Shown here in pieces: positions 28,005-43,000 of a stretch of DNA of 64,000 bases. This DNA comes from Pseudomonadota bacterium (lineage in GTDB: Bacteria; Myxococcota; JACRCW01; JAFGSX01), in contig JBDRCO010000076.1 in the NCBI GenBank assembly GCA_043821645.1, forward strand, positions 32,001-96,000. The letters run 5' to 3'. The position numbers were made by a program, and so were the translations under genes. The stretch's first letter is position 1. Every line of letters begins with the position of its first letter. The notes under the pieces are model-generated. The model worked only from the letters and a program-made list of their open reading frames with translations, ran no database searches and was not told the origin of the DNA.

Positions 28005-31000
28005 ATGAACATGAAGCGGTCCAGGTCCTGGCAAGGAATGCGATGGATGGGGGCAAGCCTGCTCGGTGCCTCGCTCGTCCTCGCAGTTCCAGCACAGGCC
28101 ACGCTCTCGGGCACACCACCAGCCTACGTTACCAACTACCGCCTGTGGGGATCCGCCGCCGTCACCGGCAACACGCTGATGTACGACGACGGCACGGTGA
28201 ACTTCTCGCTCATCCCGGGTGGCACGGACGGCATCATCAACGAGCTGCCGCCGGGCGCCGAGGTCGAGGCGGCCTTCCTGTTCTGGTCCGGTACCTTCGA
28301 TCCGGTGGCGCCCAACTTCATCCCGGCGGATCGCGACCTGCGCTTCGCCATCCCCGCGGGACCGAGCTTCAACCTGTCGGTGGACCTGCTCGAACCCGGC
28401 GAGGATCCGGCGGCGGCCACCTTCAACCAGTGTCTGTCGGTCGAGGAACCCGCCTACGGCTACATGCAGCACTTCTTCATGTGCCGGCGCGATGTGACCT
28501 ACCACGTGCGGCAGGGAGGCAGCTTCCTCAACGGCGCCTACCACGTGGACGGCGTCGAGGCGCTGGCCGGCGATTGCAGCACGGACCCGCTGTGTCAGGC
28601 CAAGTACGCCGGCTGGTCGCTGATCGTGGTGTGGTCGGCACCCACGCAGCGGGTGCGCCGCGACGTGGTGCTGTTCGACGGCTTCTACCTGTTCGACGAG
28701 GAGGCCGGGCCTCCGTTCAGCTCGGGCGTCTCGCCCTTTTACACCCTGGACCATTTCGAGGTCGGTGACACGCCGCGGGGTTCGCTATCCATGTTCGCCC
28801 TCGAGGGCGACGAGCAGCTCGGGGTGCCACCTCAGAACCTGCAGGGTTGCACCACCTGCTACGACTTCTTCGAGGTGTACACCGAGCAGAACGCCGTTCG
28901 CACCAAGCTGTCGGACGACGTCAACCCGCCCGACAACGTGTTCAACGGCTCGCGCTCGCGCGGCGGTACGAGCCCGGGGGTGGACCTCGACACCTTCGAC
29001 GTGTCGAGCATCCTGCGCAGTGGAGATACCTTCCTGCGCTTCCGGGTCGGCTCCGGCGATGGCGTCGAGGGCGGCGAGCTCGGGGGCGGCGAGCTGGTGC
29101 TGCTCGGCTACGTCATCGTCAGCCTCGACACCTACGCGCCCAACCTCAACGACACCGCCACCTTCAAGAGCGTGGCCGAGGACACGGCGACTCCTGGCAG
29201 CGTGCTGCACTACACGATCCGCGTCACCAACCAGGATGGCTCTGCCGCGGCGCACAACGTGCGGGTGCGCGATGCGATCCCGGCGGGCACCAGCTACATC
29301 CCCGGCACCACGCGTGCCTGCGGCAGCGCCGTGGGGGACGTCGGCGGCACCACACCCCTGGCCACGACCCAGGGCCTCAACATCGGCACACTGTATGAGC
29401 GGCCGCCCGGGACCCAGAGCTGCGAGATCAAGTTCCAGGTGCGGGTCAACGACGCCACGGCCCCGGGCACCGACGTCGTCAATCGCGCCACCATCACCAG
29501 CGACGAGACCGAGCCCTTTGATCGGACGGCAGTGACGCGCATCGAGGGTGTGCGCCTTGCCACGCCGACCAAGAGCGTTCTCGACGTCAACGGTGGCGAC
29601 CTGGTCCCGGGCGACGTGGTCACGTACACCATCACGCTGCGCAACGATTCGGACGCCGCGGTCGCGGGTGTGGACTTCGACGACCCCTTGCCCGGGGAAC
29701 TCGAGAATACCTCCGTGCTGGTGGTGCCCTCGGGCGCGCAGAACCAGAGCTCGGCCGGCCGTGTCCGCGTCACGGGCATCAGCATCGGACCGCGCTCCAG
29801 TGCCAGCATCGTGTTCACGGGTCAGGTGCGCCTGGACGTGAGCAGTGGCACGCCCGTCGTGAACCAGGGCTTCGTGAGCCACAGCTCGTTGCCGACACCC
29901 CTGGCCACGGACGACCCGCGCACCAGTGCGCCGGACGATCCCACCATCATCAACGTCTTCTTCCGCATCGACCTGACCCGCTCGAGCAAGGCGGGCGTCG
30001 ACGTCAACGGCGGTGCCCCCGAGCCTGGCGATCTGCTTCGCTACACGCTCACCCTGATCAACAGCGGCTCCATCTCCGCCAGTGCCAACGTGCAGGACGA
30101 TCTGCCCTTCGGCGTCACCGGCTGCACCCTGACCTACCGCCCACCTGGCTCCACCGTGGCCTGCTATCCCGGTGGCGCCCAGGGTGCCGGCCAGGTGCGG
30201 GGCGATCTGGTGATCCCGGCCGGAGCCACGCGCCAGATCGTGGTCGAGACCCGCATCGCCACGAGTGCGCCTGCCGGTCTGCGCATCGAGAACCTGGCGG
30301 ATCTGACCTGGGCCGAACAACCCGGTGCCCTGGTACAGCTGCGCTCCAATGCCTTTGTCGTGGTGGCCAGCCCGGTGTTGACGACGAGCAGCAAGACCGT
30401 CGAGGACCTCGACGGCGCGCCGACACGGCCAGGCGACATGCTGCGCTACACCATCACCATCCTCAACACCGGCAATCGCGACGCCACCAACCTGCGCGTC
30501 ACGGACAGGGTCGACCCCAACCTCACGGATGTGGCTCCAGCCCAGGGTGGAGGCTACGACGGCACCCAGATCGTATGGGACTCCAGTACCACCCCCGGCC
30601 TGGTTCGCCTGGTACCCGGCGGCCGCATCACGCTCAGCTTCATCGCCCGGGTCCGCCCGGGAGTGCCGGACCGCACGGTCCTTCGCAACGCCGCAGACCT
30701 GACCTCGGCCGAGGTCACGACGCCCGTGGTGCTGCGCGCGGATCCTGTGCTGGTGCGTTCGGCACCCCGCCTGGTGCTGAGCAAGACCGTGCTGGATCTC
30801 AACCCCGCGCCCTACGAGCCCGGTGACCGCGTCCGCTACACCTTGACCCTGAGCAACACCGGAGACGCCGCGGCCACCAACGTCGTGCTGCGCGATCCCA
30901 TCGATGCCGCGCTCGAGAACGTGCTCCCCTCGGCGGGTGGCTCTGTCCTCGGCAGCGAGGTGGTGTGGAACGCCAGCACCACGGCGCAGCTGGCACGCCT

Positions 31001-34000
31001 CGACGTCAACCAGAGCGTGACCCTGCGCATCGATGCCACGATCCGCAGCCGCGTCGACGATGGCCAGGTGGTCAGCAACCAGGCCCAGGTAAGCAGCAGC
31101 GAGGTGACGACGCCTGTCTTCTCGGATGACCCGGCCCTGGGAGGCATCGCGGACCCGACCCTGTTCACGATCTCGGCCCACCCGTCGCTGGCGCTGAGCA
31201 AGACGGTGGTCGACGACAATGGCGGTTCCTTTGTGCCCGGGGAGCGTGTGACCTACACCCTGGCCATCGAGAACCGGGGTCGCGGTGCTGCCCTCGACGT
31301 GGTGCTGTCCGATGTGTTCCCTCCCCAGCTCGAAGATGTGCAGGCCACGCCTCCGCCCAGCCAGCAGGTGGGGAACGGCCTGCAGTGGACCTCGGCCGCG
31401 ACCCCGGCCCTGGCGCGCATCTGGCCTGGCGAGCGCGTCGAGGTCCTGGTCAGCGCCCGCATCGTGCGGCCCCTCGCGGACGGCAGTTCGGTGTCCAACC
31501 AGGGCGCCGTCGCGGCCCGCGGCACGGCAGCCGTCGCCTCGGATGACCCGGGCACGCCAGCGCCGCTCGATCCCACGGTGTTCTTCGTGCGCTCCATCCC
31601 CGTGCTCTCCGAGTTCACCAAGGCTGTGGCCGACGACAGCGGTGATGGTGTCTACCGCCCGGGCGAGCGCGTGACCTACACCCTGCGAGTGCGCAACAGC
31701 GGCAGCGAGGACGCGACCGACGTGGTGGTCCGGGACACCTTGCCCGCGCAGCTCACGGCCATCGCGGCGCCGGGAGGCCGGGTGAGCGGCAACCTGGTGG
31801 AATTCGATCGCACGACGTGGCCCGAGCTTTCGCGGCTGGCGCCGGACCAGGACGTGACACTGCTGATACAGGCCACCCTGCGCCGGCCCCTCGACCCCGC
31901 CACCGAGGTCCGCAACCAGGCCTCGGTGCAGGCCGTGGCCGTGGCACCGGAGCTCAGCGATGACCCCGCCACCGAGGACGTGGACGATCCCACGCGCTTC
32001 GTCGTCACCTCGGCGCCGGACCTGAGCAGCCTGAGCAAGAGCGTGCTGGATCCCAGCGGCGCGCCGGTGCGGCCAGGAGATGGACTCGACTACCGCATCG
32101 TGGTCGAGAACCGCGGAGATGCGGACGCCGTGGCCGTCGAGATCCGCGATGCGATCGACTCCAGCCTCACCGTGACAGCCATAGGATCGGGTGGTCGCCA
32201 GGTGGGCAACGAGTTGGTGTGGGACGCCAGCGCCGTGCCCGACTTCGCGCGCCTGGCCCCGGACAAGCGCATCACCTTGACCTTCAGCGCGCGGGTGGCG
32301 AGCCCCCTCGACAACAACACGCGCATCGCCAACCAGGCCATCGCGCAGGTCACGGGACTTCCTGCGCCGGTGCTCTCTGACGATCCCGCGACGGCGGCGC
32401 TGGACGATCCCACGGTGGTGTTCGTGGTCTCGGCCGCGGACCTGTCCAGCTCGACCAAGCAGGCGCTGGATCTCAATGGCCAGGTGCTGACCACCGCTCG
32501 CCCGGGGGACACCCTGCTGTACCGCCTGACCGTGCGCAACAATGGCGACGCGGTGGCGCGCGACGTGGTGGTCAGCGACAGCATCGACGCGAATCTGACG
32601 GTCGGTGCCATCAGCGATGGCGGTACCCTGTCCGGTGGCCAGATTCGCTGGACCTCGACGACGGTACCTGCCCTGGCTGCGCTGGCACCGGGGGGCCAGG
32701 CCACACTGAGCTTCAACGTCGCGCTGCGCTCACCGCTGGACAATGGTCTGGTCATCGCGAACCAGGGCAGCATGCTGGTCGAGGGAGCCGTCAATCCCTT
32801 CGTGACGGACGATCCGGCCACTGCCGAGCAGGGTGATTCCACGCGCCTCACGGTGGTGTCTGCGCCCGACCTCAGCGGTCTGCTCAAGACCTATGTCGAC
32901 CTCAATGGCGGCGAGGTGGAGCCCGGTGATCGCATCCGCTACGAGATCGTGCTCATCAACAACGGCGACGCTCTGGCCCGCGAGGTGGTGGTTGAGGATC
33001 TGCTCGATGCCATCGCACTCACGGCCATTTCGGCGCCCCAGGGTCGGCTGGACAGCGGACGCGTGATCTTCGACGCCAGCACGCTGCCTGGTCTGTCGGC
33101 ACTGGGCGTGGGGAGCAGCAACGCCATCCGCCTCGGTATCGACGCCGAGGTGGTGTTCCCCCTGGCGGACGGTACCGTGGTCAGCAACCAGGCCACGGCC
33201 GTGGCGCGCGATGTGGTGGCGGTGGCGAGCGACGATCCCACCACCGCGGCGAGCGATGATCCCACGCGCTTCACCGTGCGCTCGGTTCCTCGCCTGGTCC
33301 TGCGCAAGACCTTGCTGTCGCCACCGTCGCGGGTGGCGCCACCAGGCGGCGAGGTGCGCTATCGGCTCGAGGTCGAGAACACGGGTACGGCTCCCGCGAC
33401 GCAGGTCGTGCTGGTGGATCCTTTCGCCGCCGAGCTTGGATTCGTGGCAGCGGACCAGGGCAGCTATGACTCCCTGAGCCGCACCTGGACCTTGAACCTG
33501 CCGACCCTGGATGCACGGAGCCCCCCGCTGTCCATCCAGCTCGATGCCCGGGTGCTCGACGACGTGGTGGACGGCACGGTGGTGTCCAATCAGGCACGCG
33601 TCCAGGCCCAGGGGCTCGGTGACGTGGCCTCGGACGACCCGCAGACCCCGGTTCCGTCGGATCCGACGCTCTTCAGCGTGCGCGCCATCGTGGACCTGGC
33701 GGGTTCGACCAAGACCGTGGTCGACGTCGACGGTGATGTGGTGAGGCCTGGCGATCTGCTGCGCTACACCATCACGGTCTTCAACCAGGGCAACACCGCG
33801 GCTCGGGACGTGACGGTGATCGATGCCCTGCCCGGACTGCTGGTGCCCGATGCGGCAGCCACTGGCCACATCGATGGCCAGCGCATCACCTGGGACGCGG
33901 CGAGCGACCCGAGGCTCGCGCGCGTGGCCGTGGGTGAACCGGTGGACCTGGTGTTCACCGCGCGGGTTGCCCGCGATGTCGCCGATGGCACGGTGCTGCC

Positions 34001-37000
34001 GAACCAGGCGCGACTGGGTGACGCCCGGGCGCCCGAGGCCTTCGTCACCGATGATCCGTCGACGCCAGCCCAGCTCGGCGACCCCACCCTGGTCACGGTG
34101 CATGCTCCCGCCCTGCACCTCGAGAAAACCGTGGTCGACGAGAATGGCGGAACGGTACGCCCCGGCGACGTGCTGAGCTATCGCCTGCGTGCGCGGAATA
34201 CTGGAAGCGTGGCCCTGCGTGGTCTCACGCTGACAGATCCGGTGCCCGAGGGCACGGCGGTCGAGGCCCTGGCCGACGGTGCCCAGCTGCAGGGTGGAGC
34301 GGTCTTGTGGACCCCGGCCAGCACGCCCCGCCTGGGCCAGATCGAGGCCGGAGCCACGGTGGAGGTCGGCTGGCGCGCCCGGGTCGATGCACGCGCTCTG
34401 GGCGGCCAGCAGATTCGCAACCAGGCCAGCAGCAGCTCGGACGATCTGATCGACGATCTGCTCTCAGACGATCCTGGCACGTCAGCCCCGGCGGACCCGA
34501 CGGTGGTCGAGGTCGATGCCCGGGTCGAGCTGAGTCAGAGCCAGAAGCGCGCCATCGATCCACCTCAACCCGTGGAGCCTGGCAGTGAGGTTCGCTTCGC
34601 CATCGAGGTTCGCAACAGCGGGACCCAGTACGCCTTCGACGTCGAGGTGCGCGATCGCATCGATCCCGCGTTCTGGGCCTCGGTGGTCGCGGAGGAGGGC
34701 GGTCGGCTCGAAGGTGACACCCTGGTGTGGCGAGCGAGCACCACACCGATCCTGGCCGAGCTGGCACCGGGACAGAGCGTGGAGCTGCACCTGGTCGCCA
34801 CCGTGGTGGATGTCATCGCCAACGGCGCTTACGTGGAAAACGCCGCCAGCCTGCACGAGCGTGGCGGTACAAGCTTCACCACACCACCGGCGCGATTGCA
34901 GGTGGTGTCCCTGCCTGGTCTGTCGGCATCGACCAAGACGGTTGAGGATCTCGGCGGTGGCGAGGTCGAGCCTGGCGATCTCCTGCGCTACCGCCTCACG
35001 GTCCGCAACGCTGGTGGCGAGATCGCGCGCGCCGTGGTGCTGCGCGACGCGCCACCCGCAGGCACGCGCTATGTGCCCGGGAGCACCACGGTCGAGGATC
35101 TGCCTGTCGTCGACACCGAGAACGTCAGCGCCCTGGTCTCGGGCTTGCCGCTGGGTGACCTTGCGCCTCGAACAGAACGCCGCGTGAGCTTCGCGGTGCG
35201 TGTGCTCAGCGATGTCCTGCGCGGCACCGTGCTGTCCAACCAGGGTTTCATCACCGCTCGCGACCTCGCCGAGGTGGGCACGGACGACCCGTCGACTCCG
35301 GGCATCATCGGCGATCCCACCCGGGTGGTGGTCGGTGGCGGACCGGTGCTGGTGGCGGTTCTGCAAGCGGCACCGCGTCTCGTCGAAGCGGGTGGGGTGT
35401 TTACCCTGGTGCTGGGGCTGGATAACGGCGGCAGCCAGGACGCCCGGCAGGTCCGCGTGGAGTTGCCGCTGGCCGAAGGTGCCAGCGTGGTGCCAGGCAG
35501 CCTGACCCTCGACGGGACACCCCTGAGCGACGCGGTCGACGGTGACCCGGGAGAGGTCCTGCCCGACCGGCTGGTGTTCACCCTGCCCGATATGGCGTCC
35601 TACGACAGCCATCGTTTCACGGCGCAGTTCGGCGCGACCGGGAGCGTGCCGGTGCTGCGCTACCAGGGTGTGGTGAGCGCGAGCAACGCGGGAGCGGCCA
35701 CCCACACCGACGGCGATCAAGGCACGCCCGGTGAGCAGCCCACGGTCGTGGTGGTGGGCGAGGCGCGAGCGGACCTGTCCGCGAGCCAGCTCGGTGGCAC
35801 CGATCTCAATGGTGGCCTGCTCGAACCTGGCGACGAGGTCCGGTACCTGATCATGGTCGCCAACAGTGGCTCGGCAGCGGCTCATCTGACCTCTCCCCAG
35901 GGACTGAACCAGTCCCTGTCGCCGTGGACCGCACTGATCGAAGGATCCATCGAGGGTTCGCTCCCGCTGGTCTTCGACACCGAACGCCAGCTCTTGACCC
36001 TGGCTCGGGGCGTGGACCTGCAACCCGGTGAGCGCCTGAGCGCCACGCTGCGCGTCCGGGTTCTCGATGAAGCTGTGGCTGGCACGGCCGTCGAGAGCAG
36101 TGCGGTGGTGCGCGGTGATGAGCTGGACCCGGTACCGCTCGGACCGCACCGACTGGTCGTGGGTGGTCTCCAGGGCACCGCGCGGCTGCGCGGGCGGGTC
36201 TACGAGGATATCGGCGGCGTGGTCGGGCGCTTCGACCGCAACGTCGACGCGCTGATGGATGGCTTCCAGGTCCAGCTGCGGCGGCCCGGGAGCAGTGCCA
36301 CCCTGGGGACCCAGGTCGCCGACGCCGAGGGTCAGTACCTGTTCGCGGCTGTGCCCGCGGGAGGCGTCGAGCTGGTCGTGCTCAGCGAGACCGGTGCCCT
36401 GTTCAAGACCCTCGGACTGCCGGCCCTGGCAGCGGACGGCGAGGTGGAGCAGGACCTGCTCATCGATCCCAGTGGCGTGATCTACGACGCCACCACGGGC
36501 GCGGCAGTCAGAGGCGCCCAGGTCTTCGTGTACGTCGAGGACGACGATTTTGATCCGGCCAATGATCGCCTGGCGGGCCCAGACAGGGTGGCACCGGAGC
36601 AGCAGGGTCAGCTCACAAACCCCGACGGTCTGTATCGCTTCGACGTGAGACCCGGGCGCTACCGGATGGAGATCGTTCCTGCGGGGACAGCCCAGGTGTT
36701 CCCCTCGATCCTGATCCCGCCCACCAACGACGACGATGGCGAGCACCCCTACGGCTCCTTCGCCATCACCGACGAGCAGCACCGCGTGGTGCCAGCCGCG
36801 CGTCCCGACCTCAGGGGCGATACGCACTACTACCTGCGTTTCGATATCACTGGCGTGGCCGACGAGGTCCTGCACAACCACGTGCCGCTGGACCCGCTGT
36901 CCTCGCACGTGAGTTTGGTCAAGAGTGCCAACCACAGGCGCCTGTCCATGGGCGACATCGTCACCTACAGCGTGCGCTACACCAACCGCTCGGACCTGGC

Positions 37001-40000
37001 CCTGAGTGTGGCCAGCGACGGTGGGGTCGCTGTGGTGGACGCCATCCCCAAGGGCTTCCGCTACCTCAAGGGCTCGTCTCGCCTCGAGCGCATCGAAGCC
37101 GCCGGCGATGGATCCCGGCGTCGGCGCACGCTGTCCTCGAGCGATCCCGCGGGACATCGTCTGCTGGTGTTTGGCCCGCATGACCTGGTTGCTCACGGCG
37201 AGTACCTGCTGCGCTACCAGCTGGTGGTGGCCCCCGACGCCGAGGTCGGCGACCACGAGAACGTGGCCGTGTTGCGCACCGCTGGAGGTCAGATCGATAT
37301 CTCCAACCGCTCGGTAGCCCGGGTTCAGGTGGTGCCGGATCCGGTGTTCGACCTGGGAACCGTGGTCGGCAAGGTCTACTGCGACGTCGACGGCGATGGC
37401 TTCCAGGACCCGGGTGAGGCGCCACTTGGCGGCGCGGTGGTCTACGTTGACGACGGACGGCATGCCGAGAGCGATCTCGGAGGCAAGTTCCATTTCAGTG
37501 GGCTCAAGCCCGGCAACCACCTGCTCAAGCTGGACTGGCGGACCCTGCCGCCGGGCTCCCAGTTGACCACGCCCGAGCGCGCCAGCCTGTATGTGACTCG
37601 CGGTCTGCCATCGAGGCTGTCCTTCGGCGTACGCTGCATGCTGGCCGAGCTGGGACCATCGAGCGTGACCCGCGCTGCAGCCGCGCCGGTCGAGGACGCA
37701 GGACCGCCGCCCGACGACAGGGTGTGGATCACCGTGAGCGGCGTGGCAACGCAGCGCCGTGTGGTGTTCGACAACGCCGAGCAGGCCGTGGTGCGGGTGG
37801 ACCTGGGTCTGGGACTGGGCAGTGACGAGCGCGAATTCGGCAATGTCGACGGACCCAACCCGAGTCAGATCGACCCGGTGAGCGGGCTCAATCCGCCGCT
37901 GCACTTTTATCCCCGGGTGGTCACCGCCATGCCCGTGAGTGGATGGCGCCTGGCGCTGCGGACGACCGCCGGTGACGAGCTTTATGCATTCAGCGGTGAC
38001 GGACTACCTCCCGAGGACATCTCTTGGGACGGCCGTGGTAGCGCCACGGGCTCCGTCCTGCTGCAACGCGGTGGCGAGTATCGCGCCCAGCTCATGGTGA
38101 CCGCGCTCAACGGGGACTGGGGTGCGTCGGTGCCGCGCAGCTTTGGCGTCGGGCTTGGCGAAAGCGCTCAGCTCGCCGAGGGCTCCCTGACCCGCCTCGA
38201 CGAGGTGGACGGCGCGCTCTTCGACCGCCGGGGCAAGCCCACAGCACGCCTGCGCAAGGCGCTCGAGGCCGTGATCCGGGAGCTCAAGTCGCAGCCCTCG
38301 CTGCGTGCCGTGGTCGAGGTGCATACCGACGACAAGGCCGGGGATCGTGCCCTGTCCTTGACCGGTGCCCAGGCCGAACGGGTGCGCGAACTGCTGGTGC
38401 AAAAGGGTGTCGCCGCCGAGCGCATCGAGATCCATGGTCGAGCGGATCAGCAGTTGCTGGTGCCCAACATGGGCAAGCGCAATCGGGCGCGCAATCGCCG
38501 GGTCGAGCTGCGCACCTTGGTGCCGGCCAGTCGCGGCGCTCCCGTGCCCCACCTGGAATACGAAGGCCAGGTGGTGGTCAACGGCGTTCGCGTCGAGGAG
38601 GTCGAGGCCTCCAGCGCCTTCCGGCACACGCTTCGCGTGGCAGTGGGCGACATCGTCGTGGTGGACCTGACCGCGCCCTCGGGTGGGCGGGTCGTGCTAG
38701 CCAGAACCTACACCGGCGAACCCTTCGCCGAAGGCCCTCCCGCCATCACCGGCGTGCAGGGTGTTCAGGTGCAAGGCAGTGTGGCAGCACGCAGCCTGCG
38801 CTTCGACGACAGCGAACGCGGCATGGCCCTGCTCGACCTGCGCATGACACCCTCCAACCCGGCCACTGGACTCGAGCTGGGCGTCGTCGATGGCCGCCTG
38901 GAGGAGCCCCTGCGCCTGGCCGTGCGCGTGCCCCAGGGGGCTGCGCTGTCGTCGTGGCGGCTGCGCGTGTTCCGGCCGGCGAGTGCCACCACCCTGCATT
39001 CGACAGCGGCGGGCGGTGATGGGAGCGGCGGTGACGCGCCGGTGGTGGACGTGGGCATCGACGGTGGACGTGGCGCAGGTTCTTCCCTGGGTGAGGCGGT
39101 GGATGCGGGGCCTGCGTGGCGCTCCGGGGCGATCCGGGCTTTCGCGGTACCGGACCAGGGAAGCGAGAGCGCACCACCGGATCCCGTGGGGGTGCTGGTG
39201 CGCGAGCTCACGGGAGAAGGGGCACCACCCGAACTCGTGGAGTGGGCAGGAACCAGCGACAGCGGGCAGCTCGTGCTTGGCCCGGGCTGGTACGGTGCAC
39301 GGATCGAACTCGAGTCCGTCGACGGTGACCGTGCGATGAGTGCACCGCTGTGGTTCAAGGTCCGCGGTGCAGCGGTCAGCGACACGGCGACCCTCAAGGA
39401 CCCCTTCCCGGGTGAACGCAAGCGCCTGTCTCCCCGCGACCAGCGCGTGCTGCGCTTGCTGGTGGCGACATACCGGGGACAGGCCGTGCGCTACCGCGTC
39501 AGCGCGCACACCGACGACAGTGTGCCGCGAGATCAGGCCGCGGATAGCACGCGCCAGTGGGCGGACTGGGTGGCGGCAGCCCTAGCCGCCGAGGGTGTGG
39601 CTGCGGACGCCATCCGCGTGGCTGGGCTGGGGAGCAGCGAGCCCCTGGTTCCCAACATCGGCTCCCGCAACAGGGCACGCAACCGCCGCGTCATGGTGCA
39701 GGTGATGGGCGAGGACATGACTGCGCCGCCCCCTGTGCTGCCCGCACGTCGCCAGCCGTGGATCGAGGTGAATGGTGTTGCCCTGAGCGCACCTCAGGGG
39801 AGCTTCACCACCACCAGCTACCCCACGCGAGACGGTGTGATCCGGGTGCGGGCGGTGCTCGCCGACCTGGGCGAGGCAACCTGGCTGTACCGGGCACCCG
39901 CCCCCGAGGTGAAGGCCGTTGTTCCGCTTTCCGTCGACGCAGGCAGTCGATCCGGTGAGGATGCCGCGGCCCTGCCCGCGCCCGCCCTGGTCGCGGTGCC

Positions 40001-43000
40001 GGGTCTCGATGACTTCACCCCCTTCGATCCGACCGTGCTCGGTGCGCCGGTGCTGGTGACCGCTTCCGCGCCCGACGGTGGTTTCCCTGAGGATGGAGGC
40101 GGTGGCCTGCCCATGGTGTTCGTCACCGCGCCAGGAGCGGTGACCGATCCGACGATGGCGGCCGCGGAGGATGGAGGTCCTGGACGCGTCGACGCCGCGG
40201 GCATCAAGGCCGCGGAGTTGAGGGTGGCCATGCCTGACGGAGTGCTGCTACGTACGGCGCGTTTTGCTCTGCGCGGCACCACGCATCCGGGCAACACGGT
40301 GCAGGTCAATGGCGTCGAGGTGGCGGTGGACCCAGACAGCGGCGCCTTCGACGCCCTGGTGGAACTCCCCGAGGGTCTTTCGGTGGTCAAGATCGAGGCT
40401 CACGATGGTGAGGGCAACAGCGCCCTGGTGCAGAAGCAGTACGAGGTCGACACCACGGGTCTGTTCTTGCTCGGTCTGGCCGATACCGCGGTGGCTGGAC
40501 GCGGTGCGGATCTCCCGGAGTGGTCCGGCACCAATCACGTCAAGGTCGGTGGGGTCGCTCTGTACGGCCGTGGCGCAGCCCTGCTCAAGGCCCACTGGAA
40601 AGGTGAGACCCTGTTCAAGGACTACCACCTGACGCTGCACCTCGACACCGCGCGCTGGAACGAGGACGCCTTTGCCCGCGAGTACATAGACCCCGAACTG
40701 TACTACCCGGTATACGGAGACAGCTCCACCGAGGTGGTCGACGCGGACGCACGTTACCCGCTCTATGCCGAACTCAAGGCTGACCACTCCGTGCTGCGCG
40801 TGGGTAACTTCCGCACCGCCATCAGCGGCGGCGACCTGTTCCGCTACGACCGCGCTCGGTACGGAATGGTGCTACATTTTGACGAGCCCCTGCTCGAGCG
40901 CGAGGGTCTCCCTCCGTGGCTCGACAATGATCTCACGGGTTACGTGGCCGGCGGCGACGCGCCCCGGCGCCACGCCCGGGTGGAGCTTCGGGGCACCGGG
41001 GGTTCGCTGTACTACCTGGCCCACGACAACGTGGTCGAGGGCAGCGAGCGGGTGAACATCCTGGTCCGGGATGCCATCACCGGCGTGGAGCTGATGCGGC
41101 GTCCCCTGGCGCGCAACCTCGACTACAGCATTCGCTACCGCGAGGGCCGCGTGCTGCTCAACCTGCCGCTGTCGTCGACGGTGGAAAGCGGAATGCTCGC
41201 CAACCAGAACCTTTCGACGGTGGTGGCGGGGCATCCGGTGGCGCTGGAGATCGAGTACGAGCACGAGGCCCAGGGCGACTTCAACCAGATCGGCGCCGGT
41301 GTGTATGGCGAGGAGACGGTGGCCGGCCATGTCACGGTCGGTGGCGGCTACGTTTTCGAGGGCCGAACCGACGAGCGGCCAGCATTCCAGATGGCAGGCG
41401 CCAACCTCAAGCTGGCTTACAATGCGCGCACCTTCGTGCAGGGTGAGTGGGCCTGGACGCGCGCAGTGTCCATGGACAACTTCATCTCCACCGATGGTGG
41501 CCTGAGCTTCGATCGCCTGGGCCAGCAGCCCGACGATCCTTCGCTCCTCTACGGTCGCGTGCTGTTCCCCGCCGAGCGAGAGGGGCACGCCTTCAAGCTG
41601 CGCGGGCAGACTGCCCTGGCAGGGCTGTGGGGCGCCTCGCCCGAAGACCTGGCGCTGAGCGCCTACTTCCAGCGGATGGCGCCGGGATTCTCGACCGGAG
41701 TCTCGGCGATCGAGGCCGGTCAGACCAAGTACGGCACCGAGGGCCGCTGGCTCATCACCTCGCGCGACACCCTGCGCCTGCGCTACGACGGCATCTGGAC
41801 CGAGATCCCGGTGGTACCCCAGATCACCGAGTACCGCCGCCTGCACCGTGAACTGGCCAGCCTGCAGTACCAGCGTCGGCAGGATGACTTCACCATCACC
41901 GGCGAATACGCCTTCGCCTACAGCTGGGATTCGGGTTCCTTCGGCCAGAGCGCCTTCGACATGGAGCGCGAGGTCTGGGGCAACACGGTGGCCGCCGGAG
42001 TGGAGTACGACCTGACCCGACGCCTGGTGCTGGTGGGACGGCAAGAGGGCATCCTCACCGGAGATCCGCAGCAGCTACCCAACTGGAACGACCACCTGGT
42101 GACGACGGTCGGGCTGCGCTACCGCCTGCTCGACGACCTGCAGCTCTCAGCCCTGGAGTCGGTGCGCTGGTCTGGCGAGAACGCCACCACCGTGGGTGTT
42201 CAGACGCGCATCGACGACACCACGGATGTGTACGCCCGGGAGCGCTTCAACATGCGTGGTGGCTCCTGGGTGTCGACCTCGGTGGTGGGTGCCAGCAGCC
42301 AGGTGGCGCGGGGCATCAAGACCTTTGGTGAGTACCAGCTTGACGGCACCGTGGCGGGCAGCCAGACCCGCGCGGTCATGGGCCTGTCGACCTCGTGGAC
42401 CCTGATGAAGGGCCTCAACCTTCAGCTCGGCTACGAGCGCACCCAGGTCTTCGGAGGCAGCGGGACAGCCCCGGCCACGGGTCTGGTGCCAGCGGCGGCT
42501 ATCACGGACAGCTACGCCTTTGCGGCACCCGGCGCGGCGGGAGCGCAAGCCTTCTACGCTGGGAGTGGTTCGCGCGACGCCGCCAGCGCGGCCCTCGACT
42601 TCACCGCCCACAAGGCGCTCAAGGCCGGCCTCAAGCTGGAGCTGCGCTACGACGACCTCGACCAGAAACGCGGTGGGCAGGATCGCCTGCTCCTGCTGGC
42701 CCAGGGTGGCCTGACCTGGGCCTGGAACCGCGATCTGGCCGTGCTGGGACGCTTCAACCTGGCCAACGTCGAGAATCTGACCCTGGAGACCTCGGAGGCC
42801 GGGCTGCAGGACATTTCTCTCGGTGTGGCCTACCGGCCGGTGGACCACGAGTGGATCAGCGTGCTCGCCAAGTACGGCCGCCGTCTCGAGCACCGCCCGC
42901 TGTCCTTGCTCGAGGGGTCGTTCGAGGAGTACTCGGCCGACGTGGCGACCCTGGAGCCCATTCTCGAACTGCCCTGGCACCTGCAGCTCACCGAGAAGCT

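Noticed and set aside
29155-36160. Periodic GACGATCC/GACGACCC words as a CRISPR or DNA repeat array
   Set aside because: They encode the SDDP/DPT peptide motifs at roughly 400-nt protein-repeat spacing.
34482-37904. 1140-aa minus-strand ORF (and 28785-31181)
   Set aside because: Antisense shadows of the giant gene.
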